Below, in pieces: positions 51,076-63,714 of a stretch of DNA of 63,714 bases. The notes below the pieces were generated by a model. The model did no database searches and had not been told where the DNA came from. It saw nothing but the letters and a program-made list of their open reading frames with translations. Source of the stretch: Octopus bimaculoides (taxonomy: Eukaryota); the NCBI RefSeq assembly GCF_001194135.2, contig NC_068984.1, positions 120,140,409-120,204,122 on the forward strand, in the 5' to 3' direction. The position numbers and the translations under genes were made by a program. The number at the start of each line of letters is the position of its first letter. The stretch's first letter is position 1.

Positions 51076-51925
51076 ACAACGATGTTAAATGTTAACAACA
51101 ATGACTGCGATTATTTAATTGCCTCAACAAAACAGTAGAATAAACAAAATTCGACTAAAAGTGTTTGCTTAAACAAAACCCATAAAATTAAGGTTTATTA
51201 TAACATCACAGTAATTGCTGAATGGAAGCTCTTCTTTCCCATATTATATGGAATTTTTCACAATGTCCTATATTATGAGTATTGCTTCTGAACTTAGCTT
51301 TGAACAACAATTCTGTTTTGTTGATTTTTCTCTTTGTTTTGTTAAATGAGTTTTATCTAGAAGTCTCTCAAAATCATAATATCATTGCGGAATGTTTATA
51401 ACAAGTAAAATTGATGAATTGATTGCATATCTCAATGGAGTTTTCACTTTATGGCCTTTCCAATAATACATTGACAAATCAAATTCATTCATTTTCAAAT
51501 GAAGGTCAATCCACAGTTCAGGAGCTTTTAAGAATAAATTTTTTTTTTTTTTCCAGTTTTTAGATTCTCCAAAATGTTTGATCAAATATAAATCAGAAAT
51601 TATTATCTTTATTAAAAACACCATAGGTCTTCTTAACATTTACCTCATCGTCAATACCCATGGTCTCTGCTGGCATGGGTTTAATGATTTGACAGGATCC
51701 TGTGGGCTGAAGGATTGCATTGGGTTCTAGTATCTGCTTTGGCTTGGTTTCTATTTTTTTCCATCACCACCCACTTTACAACATGCTATACTTTTTATGT
51801 GGCACCCGCACTAGTGAGGTCGCCATGCAGTTTCAAGAATATGAACCTCAAGAGGGACAACTTTATGTGAGGAGATGAGGAGTAGAGAAGGATAAAGCTT
51901 GCATTATATATATATATATATATAT

Positions 51926-52146
51926 ACTCTTTACTCTTTTACTTGTTTCAGTTATTTGACTGCAGCCATGCTGGAGCACCGCCTATAGTCGAGCAAATCA
52001 ACCCCAGGACTTATTCTTTGTAAGCCTAGTACTTATTCCATCAGTCTCTTTTGCCAAACTGTTAAGTTAAGGGGATGTAAACACACCAGCATCGTTTGTC
52101 AAGCAATGCTGGGGGTGGGGGAACACAGACACACAAACATATACAT

Positions 52147-52191
<45 letters not shown>

Positions 52192-52330
52192 CGATGGGCT
52201 TCTTTCAGTTTCCGTCTACCAAATCCACTCACAAGGTTTTGGTCGGCCCGAGGCTATAGTAGAAGACACTTGCCCAAGGTACCACACAGTGGGACTGAAC
52301 CCAGAACCATGTGGTTGGTAAGCAAGCTAC
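51926..52330 (-). mobile_element. SINE family A, near full length
   Basis: Close to the window consensus, with an internal (CA)n tract. Confidence 0.9.
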
Positions 52331-52420
52331 ACATATATATGTGTTTTGGATAGTTTGACCAGAGCTGGAAAGCTGAAGAGCTGCACCAGGTTCTAGTCTG
52401 ATTTTGCATGGTTTATATAT

Positions 52421-52465
<45 letters not shown>

Positions 52466-53025
52466 TCTAACTAACAAAAAAGAAAGCAAATCAATGTTGC
52501 ATATGTTTCAGTAAACAAACACCATTTATTTCAAGCTGTACACAAAGTCAATCAACTCATGCAATAAATTATTTATTCTATGGGGATTGTACATAGCTAT
52601 TTGACAAACATACTTTGGGTTCTAGGAACATTTCCCATAAACATTTATGCCACAAGAAAACTCACTGTAGGAAAACGCGCTTTACAAGACTTTGCCATAT
52701 AGGAAATTTTGCTGTAATATAATTTTGCCATATAGATAATTTTGAAGATACGGTAGGCAAGTTGATTTAGAAAAATTGCAGCTCTGAAAAAAATTGCTTT
52801 TTATGTATATATTTTTATATAATTCTGTTTTAGATTTAACTGTTCTTTTTGTTTTGTTTTTGTTCTTTGTAAATGTTATCATTTTTATACTGTATTACTT
52901 TTTATTTAAGCAGACATTTTTTGTGTTTCTGAAAGCATTGTGATCTTTTAGATTGCTTTATTTTGGCCCCCACTGTAGCTTTGCCATGATAGATAGATTG
53001 GTTGAAACAATTATATACTAAGGGT

Positions 53026-53525
53026 TGTTTAGGCTCCCTGTCATGTTTTGACATGGTTTCTACGGCTGGATGACCTTCCTAACACCAACCACTTTACAGA
53101 GTTTACTGGGTGCTTTTACACAGCACTGGCATGGGTGCTTTTTGCCTAGCACCAGCACTGATGAGCCCATGAGATTAGGGATGCTCAGCTGGAGAGGGTT
53201 GCCGGGGACAAACCTGTATGCAAGGACAATCATGTTTTTACTTAGCTTCATGTGTCTTTTCAAGCACACCAACCTGCCAGGAGTCATATCCCCTGTCATC
53301 CACTCTGTGAGACCCAATGTCTGTAGACCCTTCCTCATCACATTGTCCTACGTCTTCCTGGGTCTACCCTTAGTACATGTTCCTTCTACAATTAGAGATT
53401 GGCACCTCTTGATGCAGCTGTCTCCATTCAAATGCATTACATGACAATACCAGCACAGCCTTCTCTCTTGTACACTACAGCTGATGTTACATATACCCAA
53501 TTTTTCTCTCAAATCACTTATACTC
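53026..53525 (-). mobile_element. RTE LINE 3' end (ORF2 C-terminus plus 3'UTR)
   Basis: LREKLGICNISCSVQERRLCWYCHVM...EGTCTKGRPRKT*DNVMRKGLQTLGLT runs directly into aaaagcaccc...gtggttggtgttaggaagg.catccagccgtagaaac. Confidence 0.85.
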
Positions 53526-53557
53526 TGTCAAATATGCACACTGATATTACCCACCTA

Positions 53558-53618
<61 letters not shown>

Positions 53619-53639
53619 TGTATATACGTACACTAATCT

Positions 53640-54288
53640 GTATCTTTACTTCATTGGACAGTAAAAACCCTGCTTGCGAAGACCTGTTAAAGCAAGTGAA
53701 TTTGAAATCTGAAATCGAAATCGAACCGAATCCGACCACTGGCACCCATGCCTACCTCTCCTTCAGTGGACACTAAACTCTGCTTTCGAAGACCTGTTGG
53801 GGCAAGTGAAATCGTAATTGAACCATACTCGATGACTGGTCACCGTGCCAGTGGAGCACTAACAGCACTGTCGAGCGTGTTCATTGCCAGAGCCTGGCTT
53901 CCATGCTAGTGGCCCGTAAATAGCACCATTAGAGCCTAATCGTTACCAGCATTGCCTCCTAGCACTTGTGCTGGTGGCACGTTTAGAAAATAATTCGAGC
54001 GAGGTCGTTGCCAGTGCCGTTGGACTGGCTCCCATGCTGGTGGCACGTAAAAAACACCTTTTTGAGCGTAGCCGTTGCCAGTACCGTGCAACTGGCCCTC
54101 GTGCCGGTGGCACGTAAAAGCACCCACTACACTCTCGGAGTGGTTGGTGTTAGGAAGGGCATCCAGCTGTAGAAACTCTGCCAAATCAGATTGGAGCCTG
54201 GTGCAGCCACCTGGTCCACCAGTCCTCAGTCAAATCGTCTAACCCATGCTAGCATGGAAAACGGACGTTAAACGATGATGATGATGAT
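53640..54288 (+). mobile_element. Long RTE 3'UTR with internal tandem subrepeats and (GAT)n tail
   Basis: About five 58-67-nt units carrying gc.ggtggcacgtaaaa, followed by the common RTE tail. Confidence 0.8.
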
Positions 54289-54399
54289 ATACATATATAC
54301 ATATCAATACATACATACACATACATTTTTATTGAAGGGAAGCAAAATTAGGTCACAATGCTCTAGCTTTTGCTATTATTTATTTCTTATACTTTGAGT

Positions 54400-54830
54400 A
54401 GTTGATTGATAGAATTGGTAGAGCATTGGTACGAATGCCATGCGTCATTTATTCTGGTTCTTTGCATTCTGAGTTCAAAACCTGCCAAGATCAACTTTAC
54501 CTTTCATATTCTGGGGTTCAATAAAGTAAAGTGCCAGTCATGCTCTGAGTAATGATGGAACTGACAGACTCTCTTACTGTCAAAATCTCTAGCCTCGAGC
54601 CTAATTTAGAAACAATCTTTCATTTCTATCACTGCTTACAATATCATCCACCTCAGCATGCAAGCACAGCCAGTCTAATTGACCAAAAAACCTGACTGGT
54701 ACTTATTTTTATCCAGTCCAGAAGCATGGACTCTAATTTAATCTACCCCAGAAGAATAAATTTAGAACACGAAGAGATGTGACTAAATACAGCAAGACAC
54801 TTTGTCTGGTATTTGACTGATTCTGCTATC
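54400..54830. mobile_element. Two degenerate SINE C copies in opposite orientation (54400-54610 +, 54660-54830 -)
   Basis: The first has gagttcaaaa...actttacctttcat...ggggttcaataaa. The second has actggtacttattttat. Confidence 0.55.
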
Positions 54831-55327
54831 TTCTAGCTTTGTTTGCATCAATATACTACGACGCAAATCACATGCTCTGTTATTATATCAATACAGTAGA
54901 TCTTGTTGTTTCTTATAGTAAGCTTTAACATGTAGTTATTGTAATTTTCTCTGCAATCATTCTGTCTGTATAATTTTCTTCTCAGCTTCAGCTCTGTTTT
55001 GAATGGTGTATATGTATATCATTGTGTGCGTGTGTTTGTGTGTGTATTTTTATAAATGTATAGTTGTATATATATGTGTGCATGTACAAATGTATATCTA
55101 TTTGCAGATATATTTATATGCGTGTACATACAGATAGATAAATAGGTAGACAGATATGCTCATTAATGTTTATCTGTGCCTGTGACTGTGCATGTATGTA
55201 TACTTATATGCATTTATGCATGTACATATGTATGCAAGTGCATATGTGTGTACAGATTTGCACCTGTATGCATACATATAACATATATATATATATATAT
55301 ATGTACATCTGTCTGTCTATCTATCTG

Positions 55328-55364
<37 letters not shown>

Positions 55365-56501
55365 NNNNNNNNNNNNNNNNNNNNNNNNNNNNNNNNNNNN
55401 NNNNNNNNNNNNNNNNNNNNNNNNNNNNNNNNNNNNNNNNNNNNNNNNNNNNNNNNNNNNNNNNNNNNNNNNNNNNNNNNNNNNNNNNNNNNNNNNNNNN
55501 NNNNNNNNNNNNNNNNNNNNNNNNNNNNNNNNNNNNNNNNNNNNNNNNNNNNNNNNNNNNNNNNNNNNNNNNNNNNNNNNNNNNNNNNNNNNNNNNNNNN
55601 NNNNNNNNNNNNNNNNNNNNNNNNNNNNNNNNNNNNNNNNNNNNNNNNNNNNNNNNNNNNNNNNNNNNNNNNNNNNNNNNNNNNNNNNNNNNNNNNNNNN
55701 NNNNNNNNNNNNNNNNNNNNNNNNNNNNNNNNNNNNNNNNNNNNNNNNNNNNNNNNNNNNNNNNNNNNNNNNNNNNNNNNNNNNNNNNNNNNNNNNNNNN
55801 NNNNNNNNNNNNNNNNNNNNNNNNNNNNNNNNNNNNNNNNNNNNNNNNNNNNNNNNNNNNNNNNNNNNNNNNNNNNNNNNNNNNNNNNNNNNNNNNNNNN
55901 NNNNNNNNNNNNNNNNNNNNNNNNNNNNNNNNNNNNNNNNNNNNNNNNNNNNNNNNNNNNNNNNNNNNNNNNNNNNNNNNNNNNNNNNNNNNNNNNNNNN
56001 NNNNNNNNNNNNNNNNNNNNNNNNNNNNNNNNNNNNNNNNNNNNNNNNNNNNNNNNNNNNNNNNNNNNNNNNNNNNNNNNNNATATGCACACATACAAAT
56101 TCTCTTATATATGCACATATATATATATACATCAGTCCAGACCATATAACACAAATATACACTCAACAAATACATTACTATACAGTAAATCATACACATA
56201 CATACATTCATACATACATATATACATACATACACACACACATACATACATACATACGTACATACATACATACATACACAGCATGTCTTAAAATACACAT
56301 ATACAGACATAATTAATTCTTTACCAATATCACATCACCCTTCCACACACACATACACACACACACACACACACATTCTCAGATACCCCAATTTTTGCTA
56401 ACAGACTCATAGTTTGTATCACCCACCCCCTATGGCATCTCACACAATACACAGAACACATATACCTCTTGTAATAACATTAACATCATAATCTAAACAC
56501 A

Positions 56502-56532
<31 letters not shown>

Positions 56533-57217
56533 CTCACAAACTTCTCAACATAAACACACACACACGTACATTTATGTATGTGTGTGTGTGTGCGTATGTA
56601 TATATAATCTTATATAAACAATTATAGCCATTTGAATGAAGCTGTAGAAGGTAGATATTGTGTATCTATGTGCATACACATACACAAGCACACACACATG
56701 CATACATACATAAGATATGTATGTGTGTGTGTATAAATATATACACATATACAATATATAAAATGTGTATATAAATATATATATATATATATATTTATAT
56801 TTATTCATTTATAGTATATAGTATACAAAATGTGTGTGTGTATATATATATTTATTCATTTATTTATAGTATATAGTATATACAATGTGTGTGTGTGGGT
56901 ATATATATATATATATACACACACATTGTATGAAATATATATATATATGTATGTAATATGTATATAAATACATCTGCATATATTTCTGTATATNNNNNNN
57001 NNNNNNNNNNNNNNNNNNNNNNNNNNNNNNNNNNNNNNNNNNNNNNNNNNNNNNNNNNNNNNNNNNNNNNNNNNNNNNNNNNNNNNNNNNNNNNNNNNNN
57101 NNNNNNNNNNNNNNNNNNNNNNNNNNNNNNNNNNNNNNNNNNNNNNNNNNNNATATATATATGTATATATATATGTATATATATATGTATATATAATATG
57201 CACACACTTATGTATAC

Positions 57218-57261
<44 letters not shown>

Positions 57262-58059
57262 CCTATCCTCCACATCTTCATTCCAAATGACTGTAACGTT
57301 GTAACTCTTTACACAAAATTATCTACAGAGAAACCAGACTGAAGTTTGTTTTCTCTTTTTAGTATTTCTACTAAATGCAAATAAAAGACAGACACTAAAG
57401 CAACTGCAACATTAGCGACATCACCAGCAACAATAACAGCAATAATGACAATAATAGGAACAGCGGCTGTAGCAAATATAGAGAAAAGAACACTATATAA
57501 AACTCACTGTCTTGCATCAGTTTCTACAATATATAAGTCCTACCTTGAAATTAGTAGTTTTAGAGATAATAGTAGCTAATTCAGACACAAGGTTAGCAAT
57601 TTTGAGGAAAGGCAGGTTAGTCAATTACAGGAATGGCCAACCTTTCTTGAGAAGTGAGCTGTATGAGACATGGCTTGTCATATGGTGGGCCACACTATTT
57701 AAAGAAACCGAGGTAATTTTTTAGCCACACCATTCAGAAAGTCCCACCGCCGGTTTGTTACCTCACTGGCACTCTGTTGGTTATGATGATGAGTGCTCAA
57801 GTTGAGCCAACCAACAGAACAGCCTGCTCATTAAATTAACATGCAAGTGGCTGAGCACTCCACAAACATGTGTACCCTTAACGTAGTCCTCAAGGAGATT
57901 CAACGTGACACAGAATGTGACAAAACCAACCCTTTGAAATACAGGAACTACCCATTTTTGTCAGCTGTGTGAACTGGAGCAACGTGAAATAAAGGATACA
58001 ATGCACCAACATTGAGTTCTATTTTTGAGTTCTGTTTTTCCTGTTTGCATCACTGTATC

Positions 58060-58282
58060 TTTATTAAAGCTGAAAAAAATCTTCACAAACTGTTACTCAG
58101 AGGTTCACATTACCATTTGTCAGACAATCATGGTCATACTGGATCCTAAGGTCAGCATGTCCTGCAACTGCCCCTGCTGAGGAAAACATTGATTATGTTT
58201 ACCACATAATCACAACTGTCTGACAAACGGTAATGTAAAACTCTGAGTAACAGTTTGTGAAGATATTTTCAGCTTTAATAAA
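58060..58282. mobile_element. Fold-back element with ~67-bp inverted arms
   Basis: 58060-58126 is a near-perfect reverse complement of 58217-58282. The spacer has small hairpins (tcagca/tgctga, tgattatg/cataatca). Confidence 0.75.
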
Positions 58283-58364
58283 AGCGTATTACTCTACCAT
58301 TGGTATTCGAACACTATTTTCTTCCACCTTGTTTTGCATTTATGTGCTTACTTGTATGTGTGCT

Positions 58365-58415
<51 letters not shown>

Positions 58416-58416
58416 T

Positions 58417-58464
<48 letters not shown>

Positions 58465-58474
58465 NNNNNNNNNN

Positions 58475-58557
<83 letters not shown>

Positions 58558-58565
58558 TGTATATA

Positions 58566-59430
58566 CAGAGTGCGATGGGTAAATTGTCGCCATTTTATAT
58601 TTTTAATTTCACATATGAACATTATTTGTTTTTGATTTTGTTGACTACACTGTATAGTAGGGTCATGAGAAAAACAGCACCATGACACAGCTCACTCTGC
58701 CAGAAATTTGGAAACAACATGCTGTACTGCTTGGTATTTGCACCGGAAACTCCAATATGAATATTTCAAAGTTTTTGGGTGTTAATCTGAGAACAGTGCA
58801 ATCTGAGGACATGTACTAAAAATCAAACATCCAGTCAACATCATGGTGTTTGGAATGATCACAAGTGATGGTGACGTTCTGCCTCCATTCATCTTTCCAC
58901 ATGGCCTCAGACTCAATACAGAAGCCTATATCAAGTGCCTGGAGGAGGTAGTGCTGCCCTAGGTCAAGAGGGTAGCTGCTGGAACACCCTACGTCTGGCA
59001 ACAGGACTCTGCACCATGTCACACAAACTGGAGAACCCAGTCATGGATGTCAGACAATTTCTGCGACCACATCACCCCTAACATCTGGCCACCTAATTCC
59101 CCAGACTGCAACCCCCTTGATTATTATGTGTGGGGCACAGTTGAGCAAGAGACCAACAAAATTCCTTGTAACACCAAAGATGAACTGAAGATGAGGATTA
59201 TGGCAGCATTCACCAACTTAAACAAGGAGACCATCCAGAAGAATTGAAGGAGATTCTGAAGTCGTCTGGAGGTCATGGTTGAAGCGAACAGCAATTTTAT
59301 TGAATAAATTTACTCTTTAGTATTTCAAGATATGTTCATGTAATTTTGATAAATATATCTGTTAAAATGAGATGTCAGTGTTATCTTCATTTTTGTGTAA
59401 TTTAGACAACAATTTATTCACCGCATCCTG
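58566..59430 (+). mobile_element. Internally deleted maT-family (DD37D) transposon in (TA)n
   Basis: TIRs cagagtgcgatgggtaaattgt / acaatttattcaccgcatcctg with TA on both sides. WQQD...WPPNSPDCNPLDYYVW has exactly 37 residues between the last two Asp. Confidence 0.9.
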
Positions 59431-59873
59431 TATATATATATATATATATATATATANNNNNNNNNNNNNNNNNNNNNNNNNNNNNNNNNNNNNNNNNNNN
59501 NNNNNNNNNNNNNNNNNNNNNNNNNNNNNNNNNNNNNNNNNNNNNNNNNNNNNNNNNNNNNNNNNNNNNNNNNNNNNNNNNNNNNNNNNNNNNNNNNNNN
59601 NNNNNNNNNNNNNNNNNNNNNNNNNNNNNNNNNNNNNNNNNNNNNNNNNNNNNNNNNNNNNNNNNNNNNNNNNNNNNNNNNNNNNNNNNNNNNNNNNNNN
59701 NNNNNNNNNNNNNNNNNNNNNNNNNNNNNNNNNNNNNNNNNNNNNNNNNNNNNNNNNNNNNNNNNNNNNNNNNNNNNNNNNNNNNNNNNNNNNNNNNNNN
59801 NNNNNNNNNNNNNNNNNNNNNNNNNNNNNNNNNNNNNNNNNNNNNNNNNNNNNNNNNNNNNNNNNNNNNNNNN

Positions 59874-59909
<36 letters not shown>

Positions 59910-60349
59910 TTATATTCTGGGATGGTAATCTTTGTTTCTTACCAAATAAATACACTCGCTATATATTCATTCTTCACTTGTTTATTATTGTTTTTATTTG
60001 ATGTCCATTGTCTGGAGATCTTTTGTCAACTCAGCTTCTCAGTTCCCATCTATCAAATTTACTTGCAAGTCATTAATTTGCCTGGAGCTACAGCAGTACT
60101 TGCTCAAGGTGCCATATAGTGGGAATGAACTCAAATCCATGTGACTGCAAAGTGAACTTAACCACACAGCCATGCCAACAACTCTAGTCTGGGTAAACTA
60201 AAGCAGCCTGTAGGGGTCAACATTATTGTGTAAGAACTGGTCATCACCACTGGATATATTATGAAATATATCTTCAGTTCCTACATTAGATACGATGAAA
60301 GTCATCAGTATAATTTGTTTCTGAAGTAATGTGCCATATTTTATCAGGA

Positions 60350-60715
60350 TGTTCGACACCAGCTCTCATAAAACAAATTTGAGGATACAGTAAGATAGCG
60401 AAGCAGCTCTATTTATCCCTGTCCATATAATTGTGGTTCTTGAAATATAAAGCTTTATGGAACTCATATGAACATTCATTGTCTTAGAAAATGACATTGT
60501 GAAAATATTATGGAACTTTAGCATGCAGACAGACCACCAAATAGCACATAATTATTTTGACATAATTTTTTCATGACAATAATGCTGTTAATTTATTAAT
60601 AATCAATATAGCAATATCAAGTGGCTGTAATGTTGTATAGAGACAAACTGAAAAGCTATCAAGTGATATTGGCTTAGCTATTGAATTAGAAACATTATGG
60701 TAGTTAACTCCTGAA
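60350..60715 (+). mobile_element. Old Dong/R4 RLE-domain remnant
   Basis: VLENDIVKILWNFSMQTDHQIAHN...AIELETLW matches the R4 VLEN-KILWDF-IQTD region. Confidence 0.7.
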
Positions 60716-61537
60716 GTGCTTTCTCTTTGTAAATCTCTCAATCCTTTTTGAAACTAAAGATTTTGATGAAATGCTGTTAGTCCAATAAAAAAAAAGTCAT
60801 AAAAATCTAACGATCATATGAAGTTGGATGAAATTTGCTGATAATCATTAGTGTACATCGTGAGTGTGGTTTTTACTTGTTGATTTTCACACGTTATATA
60901 ACTTTCACTTTCTAAGGTAGGTTGAACACAGTTAAGTTGATTACAAGTAGATGTTTTCATATATATATTTACAAACTACAGATTTTTATATTTACAAAAT
61001 ATTGATTTCTAGGCATCAATTTCTTGTTCCACAGGTGAATTTGTGCTCCAGTTAGTCTATGTAATTTTGGAAATGCACAACTCCCAAGAGATAAAGAATT
61101 TTGAGATATGACTTCATCTTCATTTTGTAAAGCCCAACAAATTAGAGTTATTTACAACAGTTAGTGCTAATTTCAATAATTATACTCTCCTCATGCATTC
61201 ACCGGTATGAAGAGATGCTGCATCTGAAATATATCAGTAAATTAATGTTCTTCAATTCTTACCATTCATTAAATAGAGCATTGATGTAATATGATATACG
61301 AACTAAGTGATAATCCCACTCCTGCTCAGAACTGATAAATCTTCACATCATTTAGATAGCTGGTGTTTACAGATGTCACTGAAATATCACTCTAATTATT
61401 TTCTCCAAGTCTAATCTTTTTTCTCTAATTAAATTACAATAAATAAATAATAATTCTTTCTGATATTGGTACAAGGCCTGAAATTTGGGGTGTTATGGTT
61501 AGTCAATAACATGACCCCATTGCTCAAATGATACTTA

Positions 61538-62200
61538 TAAGGCTAGGCTGAAAAGTTCATATATTGACCATGAAGAAGTGATGTTAGAGCTGTGAAATCT
61601 TGCATCATTAATTTCAGCCCTTCTTATTAATAACTGAATTGTTTTCTTCCAGGTAAACTGACATGTGACCGTTCATACAAGATTCTGATAGTAACTAGTG
61701 ATAACTTTTCTTCAAAATGGACAAAATTTGGTATTATGGTGTTATCAAGTACCTGCAGAAAAATGGTTTAGCCTCCAAAGACTTTCATGCTGACATGATT
61801 ATTACATTAGGGGATGACACTCCAACTTTATCAACAGTGCAAAAGTGGGTAGCAGAATTTAGGAGGGGAAGGGGTAGTCTTGAAGATGACCCAAGGTCTA
61901 GATGTCCTGCAACTACCACTATTGAGGAAAATATTGATCATGTTCCCCACATGGTGATGGATGAAAGGTAATTGACTGTAAATCAAATAGCCAATACTGT
62001 TAGCATATTATGTGAGAGAGTTGAAATATTCTGCACTATGAACTTGGCATGACAAAGGATTCTGTCTGGTGGATGCCACATCTTCTGACACCTAATCAAA
62101 AGCACAGTAGGCTGATTACATCATGGGAAAATCTGACATTGTTTGAGTCAGATCCAATTGGTTTCTTTGAATGTTTCCCAAACCAGGATGAATATTGTCA
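61538..62200 (+). mobile_element. Mariner 5' half inserted into a SINE C (61452-61537)
   Basis: MDKIWYYGVIKYLQK...STVQKWVAEFRRGRGSLEDDPRS...WWMPHLLT gives the HTH and WVPHxL motifs, with stops and frameshifts. Confidence 0.9.
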
Positions 62201-62485
62201 AAAAATAAATGCATGTATGGTGCAAACAGAAAGTGTTTTAATATGAATTTCTTTCTAAATTGAGGCTAAACTTGGTTTCTCATGCAGAAGAGGGCTTAGT
62301 TCCTATTGCCAATCCCCACTGCAACAACAACACTGCTTGAACTGCAGTTTTGTGCAATGTAGGTTTTTGGAAGAGCTGCTGATATTTACAGAATAAGATT
62401 TTAAAAGTTAAAAATTTACAATTATCAACCACTTCTTTAACCTATTTACATTCGACGGATATTTGTCCTCATCTTGTTTGTTGTT

Positions 62486-62528
62486 AACACGTTTCGGCTG
62501 ATATACCCTCCAGCCTTTTTCAGGTGTC
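62486..62528 (-). ncRNA. Degenerate minimal hammerhead motif (PLE type)
   Basis: Minus strand reads gacac CUGAAAA a ggctg-gagggtatat-cagcc GAAACGU gtt. The core G8 is changed and the cleavage site is eroded. Confidence 0.45.
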
Positions 62529-63441
62529 ATGTGGGAAATTTGGAACCTGGGTTCTTTACTTTTTATTCTTATTGCTTATATTTTTACACTTTTTTACGCA
62601 TTTTCTGTATTTTGCCTTTAGCACTGTTTTTTCTTATGCATGTGCATATATAGACATGTGTATGAAACTTTTTTGTGCGCGTGTGTGTGTGTGCGAACGT
62701 GTATGCAGGTAAATATATATTTTTTTTGGCGAATGTGTGGGTGAGCGTGTGTGTGTTTCAAGTGAGGGTGGATGAGTATTACATATAGACACATGTACGT
62801 GGGTGTGCAGGTGCGCATGTCTGTCTATGGACATGCGCACTGAATCTCCCTGAAAACTATGTTAAGGGTACTCGTGTCCATAGAGTGCTCAGTCACTTGC
62901 TCATTAATTTCAAGAGCAAGCTGTTCCATAGATCATAGCTGAACCCTCATCACAGTAACCGACGGAGTGCTCCTTGTATACATATATATATATACACACA
63001 CACACACACATATATATACACACACATGTGTGTGTGTGAGTGTGTATGTATTCATACATATTATATATGCATATGAGTGTATGTGTGTGTATATATATAT
63101 TTATTAATATTTGGCAGAAGTAAGAGAGTAACACAAAGGCCATGGCCAAAACAATGCAAGTTATAAATGTTTAATAATATAGATCGATGGTTAATACTAT
63201 TAACTAGTTAGTACTATTATCTAACACTTTTACTTCATATATTTCTTGAAGAACAGGTCCTAATCGTATAAAATTGATATATCGATAGTAGTAATACATT
63301 ATTAATTTTTGATAACTTGCATCATTTGGCCGTAGCCCTTTTGTAAAGCACTTTCACCTTTACAAAATTACAAAAGCAAAAATTTTAAACATTTATATAC
63401 ATCAGATAATGCTTTCTGAAGACTATACTGCTGTACCATAT

Positions 63442-63671
63442 TACTCTTTTACTCTTTTACTTGTTTCAGTCATTTGACTGCAGCCATGCTGGAGTACTGC
63501 CTTGAACAGTTTTAGTCAAAGAAATCAACTCTTAGACTTATTCTTTGTAAGCCCAGTACTTATTCTATCAGACTCTTTTTGCTGAAGCACTAATTTATGG
63601 GGACATAAACACACCAGCACCAGTTGTCAAGCAATGGTAGCAGGGGACAAACACAAACACACACTAATATA

Positions 63672-63714
<43 letters not shown>
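63442..63714 (-). mobile_element. SINE family A, 3' half running off the window end
   Basis: Shared tail and start of the internal TA tract. Confidence 0.85.

Noticed and set aside
53840-54130. Repeat-spacer periodicity resembling a CRISPR array
   Set aside because: The context is eukaryotic, the inter-repeat segments are homologous to each other, no cas genes are present, and it lies within an RTE 3'UTR.
56750-56900. Short tandem duplication tatttattcatt...tatagtatatagtatac
   Set aside because: Low-complexity slippage product near a gap with no further structure.
63245-63295. cttgaagaa core-like motif as another hammerhead
   Set aside because: There is no downstream GAAA or pairable stem III.

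Overview
AT-rich eukaryotic genomic DNA from a gapped draft assembly (N-runs at about 873-1277, 8854-8964, 19627-20183, 29028-29115, 30554-30683, 55365-56082, 56994-57152 and 59457-59874, plus several 10-N gaps). The repeat landscape looks like an octopus (coleoid cephalopod) intron or intergenic region; this is inferred from recognising the repeats, not from a database match. I found no complete protein-coding gene, rRNA, true tRNA or CRISPR array. Most ORFs in the supplied track are microsatellite or N-gap artefacts. The window is a mosaic of tRNA-derived SINEs (at least four families), fragments of RTE, CR1, L1/Tx1, Dong/R4 and Penelope retroelements, mariner, maT (DD37D), pogo-like, hAT and piggyBac-type DNA elements, and microsatellites. 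A few short candidate host exons occur on both strands but cannot be assigned to a gene. The most notable signal is a set of hammerhead-ribozyme (HHR) motifs, most of them in or near fold-back elements. These are: a canonical-core HHR at 42161-42255; a ~210-bp palindrome with one HHR per polarity at 41454-41663; an HHR in a Penelope remnant with inverted ends at 8329-8443; and degenerate copies near 38689, 58141 and 62486. Three motifs share the same UUGAAGAG...UGAAA...GUA variant core. The canonical HHR lies at the centre of concentric inverted repeats spanning 40067-44256. All structures were paired by eye and none were computed.
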